From positions 1 through 15,526 of the forward strand of contig JALGVJ010000064.1 of assembly GCA_029838195.1 (NCBI GenBank): a stretch of DNA of 15,526 nucleotides. The letters run 5' to 3'. Source of the DNA: Promethearchaeota archaeon (lineage in GTDB: Archaea > Asgardarchaeota > Lokiarchaeia > Sigyniarchaeales > SOKP01). The position numbers and the translations under genes are program-made. Below the pieces are notes generated by a model. That model was given only the letters and a program-made list of their open reading frames with translations. It did not search any database and was not told the DNA's origin. Positions 8,520 through 15,526 of the stretch are shown here, piece after piece. The first letter of the stretch is position 1. Every line of letters begins with the position of its first letter.

Positions 8520-9548
8520 TCATTTTTCTTCCGGCATTTTGAAACTTAATTTTTCTAACTTGATATTTAAAACAAACGAAGAAGTCAAACCATAAATAAA
8601 AACATAAGAAGTTCTAATCACATGATCTAGAATAAAAATTGAAAGTAAATTATTGTACGGCATTGTTGGATAAAAGAGAAAAATAATAAACGCTCCTACA
8701 TTTTCAGAAAGAACCCAACCACCAGGCGTTATGGGAAATGTTTTAGTAAAAAATAAAATGATTTGTGAAATAATGATAATAAAAGCATTAATATCATATC
8801 CTGCAAGGAAAAAAAGCAATACCAATGTAAATGACTCTAAAATCCATATTGGCAAACTAAGAAATAATACAATCGCTGCTTTTTTTTTATTTTTTCTAAA
8901 ATCGTCTATGCCTTCGAGGAAATTCTCAAGAAACTTTTCTAAAATATTTCTTAATTTCTTAGAAACAAGGGAGACAATTCTCAAAAACCATTGGGTTTTC
9001 AAAAATAAGAGCGCAACTAATATTAAACCTGTTAAAATTATAAATGCTCCGATCATTAAAGGAACTTGTAAATTTATCACTGAAGTTCCTTGGACATTAT
9101 TTATATACATGAAAGTTAAAGCACAAGAAGAAATTACGAATAATATTAACAAATCAATAAATCTTTCAATAGCCACACCACATGTCGCTTTACTTAAATT
9201 AATTGTTTTTTCTTTTTGATACATGATTTCTATTCTAATAAGATCCCCAATCTTGCCGGGTGTTAACTCATTTATGGCCCATCCAATTCCAAAAGCACCT
9301 AATAGCGGTAAATATTTCGGCCTAAGATTTAATGCATTAAAAATTAGTCTTAAACGAAAAGATCTTAGTAAAAACACTCCGGAATAAATTAAAAAAAAAA
9401 ATACAATACCTAAAACTGAGATTTTTTTTAAATTAAAAATGATATTTTGAATATCAGCAAAAATAAACATAATTATTATTAAAATTAAGGTCAATATTCC
9501 AATTAATATTCTTTTAAGGGAATCTCTCATTTTAAAGTATTTCTTCAA
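8520..9548 (-). CDS. UPF0104 / lysylphosphatidylglycerol-synthase TM-domain (flippase-like) membrane protein
   Basis: About 8 hydrophobic segments; family motifs LRSFR, NELTPGKIGDLIR, ERFIDLL, PITPGG. Start may be the ATG at 9530 rather than the TTG at 9548. Confidence 0.92.
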   Translation of the reverse strand: MKKYFKMRDSLKRILIGILTLILIIIMFIFADIQNIIFNLKKISVLGIVFFFLIYSGVFLLRSFRLRLIFNALNLRPKYLPLLGAFGIGWAINELTPGKIGDLIRIEIMYQKEKTINLSKATCGVAIERFIDLLILFVISSCALTFMYINNVQGTSVINLQVPLMIGAFIILTGLILVALLFLKTQWFLRIVSLVSKKLRNILEKFLENFLEGIDDFRKNKKKAAIVLFLSLPIWILESFTLVLLFFLAGYDINAFIIIISQIILFFTKTFPITPGGWVLSENVGAFIIFLFYPTMPYNNLLSIFILDHVIRTSYVFIYGLTSSFVLNIKLEKLSFKMPEEK

Positions 9549-9627
9549 TAAGATATCTTTTTATAATAAACTCATGAGGTTAAATAATAACAACATCTTT
9601 CATATTTATATTTTTTTAATTTTAGAT

Positions 9628-9645
9628 GTAATACGAAGGTATTAT
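9628..9645 (+). repeat. 18-bp quasi-palindromic motif, copy A (gtaatacgaaggtattat)
   Basis: 17/18 match to consensus RTAATACGAAGATATTAY; 90 bp upstream of the RHH gene. Confidence 0.7.
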
Positions 9646-9735
9646 TGGATATACGTACTACTAATGCCATATCCTAAATATGATTATTAATTATTATTAG
9701 TTAGGGAACTAAAAAATGCGAAAATCTCGATCAAA

Positions 9736-10227
9736 ATGCCTAGAAAAGAGATTGAATATAAAAATAAAATAAACGTGAGAGTAACCGAAGCTCAATATGA
9801 ACGATGGACTAAATTTACGGAAGATAAAAACAATAACTTTAAGTCTTTATCATCAATGATAAGATATGCCGTAGAAGAATTGATTGAAAATAAATTCGTG
9901 CAAAATAAAATGACCGAATATCAATCGGCCCTCCAGAAGGAAATCCGCAGATTAACCCAACAAAATGAGGAATTACTTGCTCAAAACTGAAAAATATTAG
10001 AAATAATCGCCAAAAAGAGCTCTCCTTCTAAAGACGATAAAATAAGAGAATTTCAAAGAGAAACTATCATTAATTTATTGCGGGACGAAGCGCTGGACGA
10101 AGAAGAAATTCAGCGTAAAGTTCATAGATTGACTGAAATAGAGATGTTGAAGATATTGAACGAGCTTCTTGGAGAAACCATAATTGTACAGGAAAAAAAT
10201 AAATATAGGACCCTTGAAGGGATGTAA
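9736..10227 (+). pseudogene. Ribbon-helix-helix/coiled-coil/putative winged-helix DNA-binding protein interrupted by an in-frame TGA (9988-9990)
   Basis: KINVRVTEAQYERW...SLSSMIRYAVEELIE is an RHH (CopG-like) pattern. After the TGA the same frame stays open for 78 more codons (KILEIIAKKS...IINLLRDEALDEEEIQRKVHRLTEIEMLKILNELLGETIIVQEKNKYRTLEGM*). Confidence 0.75.
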
Positions 10228-10228
10228 A

Positions 10229-10495
10229 TTGAAGGAAGCATAAAGCAGGTATCAGGATTATGAGGATCATTTCCTGGGGGAAAAACCACTCGTCTTATCC
10301 AAGAAAAATAGGTTTTTCGTGAATAATTATCTTTTTAAAGTGAAGAAGCGGAGCGATGGAGCTTACAGAAACCATAATTCCACCTTAAAAAGCTTTTTTG
10401 ATTACATTGATAAACCAGCCGATAAGATCACCAAGTTTGACGTGATAAATTATTTTAACGATGTTTTGGATAAAAAGGACATTAAAAAGAGGTAA
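10229..10495 (+). pseudogene. N-terminal core-binding (SAM-like) domain of a tyrosine recombinase/integrase, truncated by IS66
   Basis: Not in the ORF track. TTG at 10229, TAA at codon 5, then SRYQDYEDHFLGEKPLVLSKKNRFFVNNYLFKVKKRSDGAYRNHNSTLKSFFDYIDKPADKITKFDVINYFNDVLDKKDIKKR. The YL..K.RS...RN..S.LK.FF.Y.....IT..DV.NY pattern resembles XerC/D-type N-domains. The frame runs into the IS66 left TIR at 10492. Confidence 0.65.
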
Positions 10496-10541
10496 ATATT
10501 TAGTTTTTTGATCCTTACTTATTCTTCTTTCAATCGTAACA

Positions 10542-10548
10542 TTTATAT
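10542..10548 (+). promoter_or_regulatory. Putative archaeal TATA box for a leaderless transposase transcript
   Basis: tttatat lies 23-29 bp upstream of the ATG at 10571. Confidence 0.4.
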
Positions 10549-10570
10549 CTTCTAGTTAATTCGTAATAGC

Positions 10571-12339
10571 ATGGGTCTATGGCTCCCGCTCTCACTTCTC
10601 TTTGTCGTAATATTAATGCTCGGATACCACGCGCTCCGACAAAAAGGAAAGAAATATAGAAAAGCAATTAAAGATCATCAAGCCCAATTAATAGCCAAAG
10701 ACTCCAAACTACAAGAAATAAACTCCAAATTACAAGAGAAAGACTCCGAGAATCTACAGCTTAAGGAAGAGCTTCTGAAGATTAAATCGGGTAAAGAGAA
10801 ATTGAAAGATAACCTCGAAAAGTATCGAAAAGAGAATAAGCGTCTTCAGGAAGCCACCAAGAAAAAGAAAAGGCAACGCTCAGATGCCGGGAGACACCGG
10901 GATGTTTCAGCCCCGTCCAATAAAAGAACGGGCAAGCCGATAGGAGCTAAAGGCGGCGGCTTGAAAAATCCCAACCCGAAAGAGATAGACTACACGCGGC
11001 ATTGGCGCTTAGATTCTTGTCCTAAATGCAATGGTTCGCTTAAAAATTCCAACCCGATTGATCACCACGACCATCATATTCGGGATTTAGAGAAGCTAAA
11101 AAGGGGAATTCGTTTGGTTTATACAAAACACGTGATTTATCGCTACAAGTGCCCGCACTGTAAGTGCCTCGTCTCGAAGTATTTTGGAAAATTGAAAAAT
11201 GCCCGCTATGGCATCGGCATGATCGCTTTCGTGTTATACGAGCGTTTAGAACGCGGTGGCTCGTGGGAAGGCATTAGAACGACCTTAAATCACGTGATTC
11301 ACACGAAAGAATGTGTCCCCACCGTTAAAGCGTTCATCGATTGGATTCGAAAATACGAGACCGAGATGTGGGAGGTGTATCACGCGTTCTTGGATGCAAT
11401 TGGTCAGTCGTCTTTTGCCCACGTTGACGAGACGGGCATTCCGATGGACGGTCAAAATTGGTGGCTCTGGGTTATCGTTGCCACGGAAGTCGTTCTTTAC
11501 TTGCCTTCAGAAACCCGTGGTAGTGATGCCATGAAGACATCTTTCACGAATATAAGGGCATCTTGCTGTCCGATTTTTGGAGCGCTTATAATAAGTTAAA
11601 CGTCGAGCAACAGAAATGTTTGGAGCATTTAGTAAGGGAATTGAGGAAAATCAATCTGAGGGCAATAGACAAGCGCGACAAAGCGAAAAAGAAACTCGAA
11701 AAGGATGACGAGCTACGGGCTCGAGAAATTGTCCCTGATGAGACCAAGCTGAAGAAACAGGGGCGTCTTGCGAAACAACCCGAACCGCTGACGGATAAGA
11801 AGCGGGCGAAATTAGAAGAAATCATCGCCCAAAGCGAGAAGATCAGCTGCCAGCTGACGGCCTTTTACGAGTTCTTTCAACAAGCGTGGAAAAAGGACGG
11901 TAACGACATGAGCGTGCATGCTCCAATCGACAAGCGGATAAGCATTTCCGAGGCGGAGTTAAGGTTGCAATTGCTAATTCAAGAGGTCATGGAAGAAGGT
12001 CCTGCTAACGCGGATATAGAGCGAATGATAAAGCGCTTTGAAAAGTATGGCCCGTGCTTGTTTACCTACTTGGAAAACCCAAACATCATGCCCGATAATA
12101 ACGCCGCAGAGCGAGCCATTCGCCCTTTTGTGGTACAACGTAAGGTTTCGGGTAATTTTATAAGCCCCGAGGTCATGAAGATTTACGGAATTCACATGTC
12201 GCTTTATCGGACCTGTAAAAGGAATGATGTTAATTACGAGGAGGTCATCATCCCCTTGCTTAAAGGGGATACGGCCGAACTCTTGCGATTGTTAGGTCTA
12301 AGGGAAGGCGAGCCGCCGCCTGAAATTGAATGCAAGTGA
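10571..12339 (+). pseudogene. IS66 DDE transposase (TnpC-like, ~589 aa) with a 1-bp frameshift at ~11530-11536
   Basis: Coiled coil, GKPIGAKG linker, CPKC...CPHC zinc finger, HVDETG, then in the next frame DIFHEYKGILLSDFWSAY, QKCLEHLVRE and PDNNAAERAIRPFVVQRK. ORFs 10571-11599 and 11563-12339 join if one base is added. Confidence 0.92.
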
Positions 12340-12591
12340 AATCCTATTTTCTTGTCTTGATTTTCGTCATTTATTTGACTTATTTTGCTTAGTGGACTTT
12401 AGAACCATTTATCTCTAAAACCCAGCAGTTCATGATTATAGACTAAAAAATAAAACGAATTTGCTTCTCCTTTTTTGAAATAACGAAAAAAATTTAACGG
12501 AATTTAGCTTTTTGCAAATAATAAGATAAAGTATTGATTGGATCAAAAAACTAAATATTTACCCTCCTTTTTTATATTTTTTTCGAATATT

Positions 12592-12615
12592 TATTCATAA
12601 AACTTTTTATGAATA
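12592..12615. promoter_or_regulatory. 24-bp palindrome (tattcataaaa-ct-ttttatgaata), possible protein-binding site
   Basis: Perfect 11-bp arms with a 2-nt spacer, 30 bp outside the IS66 right end; function not inferable. Confidence 0.35.
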
Positions 12616-12992
12616 TAGAAAGATAAATCTCCTATATAAATCTAAAACTTGGGATTTAGGATGATTAAATTTCTGAAAGTGGTCAATAGTCTTACTCTTT
12701 TTGATCCACTTTATAAGATAGTAAGGCTCATCCTAGAAAAAAGTTTGAGACACAGAATAATTAATATTCATTTATTTCTAATATTAATTTTAATAGATGA
12801 AATAGATATTTTTTTAAGAAGATTTCTTTTAAAGATGATGTAGCGGGCAATACGTTTAATTCTTCGTCATTTAAAAAAGTTATTTCCATTGATTGAAAAA
12901 ATGGGAAGTTATTTTCGATCAACATCCTCGTTGCGTGAATCGATAATGAATGCATTAAAAAAATGTATTGCTAGTATATTGCAAGTACTGAT

Positions 12993-13010
12993 ATAATACG
13001 AAGATATTAT
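12993..13010 (+). repeat. 18-bp quasi-palindromic motif, copy B (ataatacgaagatattat)
   Basis: Exact consensus; arms extend to TATAATA/TATTATA around the spacer CGAAGA. Confidence 0.75.
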
Positions 13011-13347
13011 ACTATTGAGTTAACTAGTAAATAAAATATTTATAATCTCATATATTTCGTGCAGGTTTATTATCTTTATATAGATTTCCATCACCCTACT
13101 TAATTAATTCTCCATTTAAAGCCTACTATTCCCCCCTATTCGATTAATACATCTTCTTTTTCGTGTTATAACTTCTCTAAGAAATCAAATAGATTCTTAT
13201 CAAATTTATCCGCTCTTCTTTCTAGCTCTTTCCATTTTTTTCCTTTTTTTAATTAGGAAAAGAATAAGGACTATTAAAATTAAAGGCAATCTCGCATATT
13301 TACTGTTTAATTAAGAAATAGGGGATGAACAGAGAGAGAAAGGACAA

Positions 13348-13704
13348 TTATGGAGTGAGAAATTCAAGATCATACTCAGAAATTATAATTTTTCCAGGAT
13401 ACTTTAAACATTCGACAGCATTAATTAGGTTATTTTTGATCAATCCTGCAATTTTCTTAGGATTTCTCGGATGAATTTTGATATAAATAATCCTACTCTT
13501 TTTTTGAAACTCTTTTTTCAAGATTAAGAAATCAGAGTTAAGAGTTAGGATTATAGCATCCTTCTTTATTGTTAATTCTGCTACATCACCTTTCTTTATT
13601 CCAAGTTGATTCTCATCTTTAAAGTGATTGCATCGTATTCAAGTCCTTTAATAACTTGTTTAATAGAAAGAGGTACATTTATTTTCATCTAAGAGGAACC
13701 TCAA
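13348..13704 (-). pseudogene. DUF5615 (PIN-like, VapC45-type) toxin pseudogene
   Basis: Reconstructs to MRFLLDENVPLSIKQVIKGLEYDAITLKDENQLGIKKGDVAELTIKKDAIILTLNSDFLIL...RIIYIKIHPRNPKKI...PGKIIISEYDLEFLTP after removing a 4-bp aaat duplication (~13677-13684) and restoring single bases at ~13620 and ~13391. Confidence 0.85.
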
Positions 13705-13875
13705 TTTCTAATGAACCTCATTATTCAGTAAGTTATCCAAATTAACTTGAGAAAGATTTTTTAACGCATCATTTCCTAATTCAATAATTTTTAAAGGTTT
13801 CCACATTTATGCCATAAGAATATGGTAATTCGAACATGTTTTATCATCGTATCAAGTTATTTTTAATTGAAGATT

Positions 13876-14476
<601 letters not shown>

Positions 14477-14811
14477 TTAATATTACTTTAAATATATATA
14501 TCTTTTTATAATATAAAACCAAAAGAAATATCTGTGCGAAATGAAATTCTAAAATGGTTGTTCTTTGTATAGAGCGCTTAATATATTAAAAAAGATTAAA
14601 AATAGTGTAGTTTTTAGGATTTAGAGCTGGAACCATTATTATTGTTCTTAAACCTTCTTTTCCGACATTATTTCAATTAAATCTTACTCTTTAATAACAT
14701 TACCTATCAAATAAAAAATAACAAAAACAAAAAATAATAAGGAAAAATCATATAAAGTTAGAAAATGAAAAAAGTGAAAAAAAAGGACAACACTCGTACC
14801 ACAAAAGTATG

Positions 14812-14829
14812 GTAATACGAAGATCTTAC
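14812..14829 (+). repeat. 18-bp quasi-palindromic motif, copy C (gtaatacgaagatcttac)
   Basis: 17/18 match to consensus. Confidence 0.7.
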
Positions 14830-14950
14830 ATTTATTTCAGAAAAATTCAGATTTTTAATTTTTATTAAAATTTCACAAAATTTCTATCTAAATTATATAG
14901 TCATTTTAGAGTTTCATTACAAAAAACCCAAAATTCATTACATTTCGTAT

Positions 14951-14968
14951 ATAATATCTTCGTAATAT
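14951..14968 (-). repeat. 18-bp quasi-palindromic motif, copy D, inverted (reverse complement atattacgaagatattat)
   Basis: 17/18 match to consensus on the minus strand. Confidence 0.7.
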
Positions 14969-15526
14969 TTTGCGAAATATATACCGTGTATACATTATCA
15001 AAGGATTTATCATTTTCGCTATTATATATAAATAATCTATAATTTTAAAATAAACCATTTTTAGATATGATATGATAGGTTCATTATATAAAAATTTTTA
15101 ATAGTTAGGGCTTGTTTATTATATATATTTAGGAAAGATGTTAATTCGTTAAAAAATAGATATGAAAGATTAAAAGATACATCTAAATTTTAATTGTCAA
15201 GATAAATTTTAATTTCCCAAAAGATAAGTACCTTTTAATCTCAGTAAATATTGGAGTTGGCTAAATGGCCAAATTTTAAAAATAATGAATAAAAAAGCAA
15301 TTGCATATAAGGGAGAAATTGAATACGAATTAGAATTAATGGGTGTAGGTCATTTCGATACTGGTAGATCCTTGGAATTTTTAAGCCAATTAGCGCCCAT
15401 TAAACATATTTCAAGAGTTTGTTTAAAATTAATTTAGTGCCTCCATGCAATAATTTTTTTATCCAAAAAAACATGTCGGTTTCAAATACTTGTCTTCTAC
15501 TCCCGTTTCATGCGCTACGATAATCA

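Larger units (their letters stand above)
10492..12562 (+). mobile_element. IS66-family insertion sequence, single-ORF (ISBst12-like) organisation, 2071 bp
   Basis: Perfect 23-bp TIRs gtaaatatttagttttttgatcc (10492-10514) and ggatcaaaaaactaaatatttac (12540-12562); elevated GC; no tnpA/tnpB accessory ORFs; flanks aaaaagag / cctccttt are not a direct repeat. Confidence 0.93.

Noticed and set aside
11527-11540. Programmed frameshift in the IS66 transposase
   Set aside because: No slippery heptamer at the shift, and it falls between the first two catalytic Asp motifs; a 1-bp deletion or sequencing error is more likely.
12649-13250. ORFs 12649-12843 (+), 12761-12955 (-) and a minus-strand stub KKWKELERRADKFDKNLFDFLEKL
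   Set aside because: No recognisable family; possibly decayed gene debris but not assignable, and no integrase catalytic motifs were seen.
15244-15437. gtaaatatt (IS66-TIR-like) at 15244 and a 50-codon ORF at 15285-15437
   Set aside because: Only 9 AT-rich bases match the TIR and there is no partner end; the ORF has no recognisable motif.

Overview
AT-rich, very probably archaeal window. Lokiarchaeia/Asgard origin is inferred from the DUF2341 surface protein with an IPGF-TM tail, RHH-coiled-coil regulator, TATA-type promoters and gene content; it is not proven. Left half: an IS4-superfamily (IS701/ISH3-like) transposase remnant; a ~1318-aa sequon-rich DUF2341 surface protein split into two ORFs by a 7-bp duplication; a 672-bp internally deleted IS66 derivative; two GT2 glycosyltransferases and a UPF0104 flippase-like gene. 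Right half: a decayed integrated element (RHH regulator with an in-frame TGA plus a tyrosine-recombinase N-terminus) cut by a 2071-bp single-ORF IS66, then a dead and an intact DUF5615 PIN toxin and a DUF433 antitoxin. Two signals stand out. (1) An 18-bp quasi-palindrome, RTAATA-CGAAGA-TATTAY, occurs four times, only in the right half, bracketing the regulator/recombinase block and the toxin-antitoxin block. (2) Two diverged IS66 elements both start their transposase with a membrane-anchor-like hydrophobic helix.
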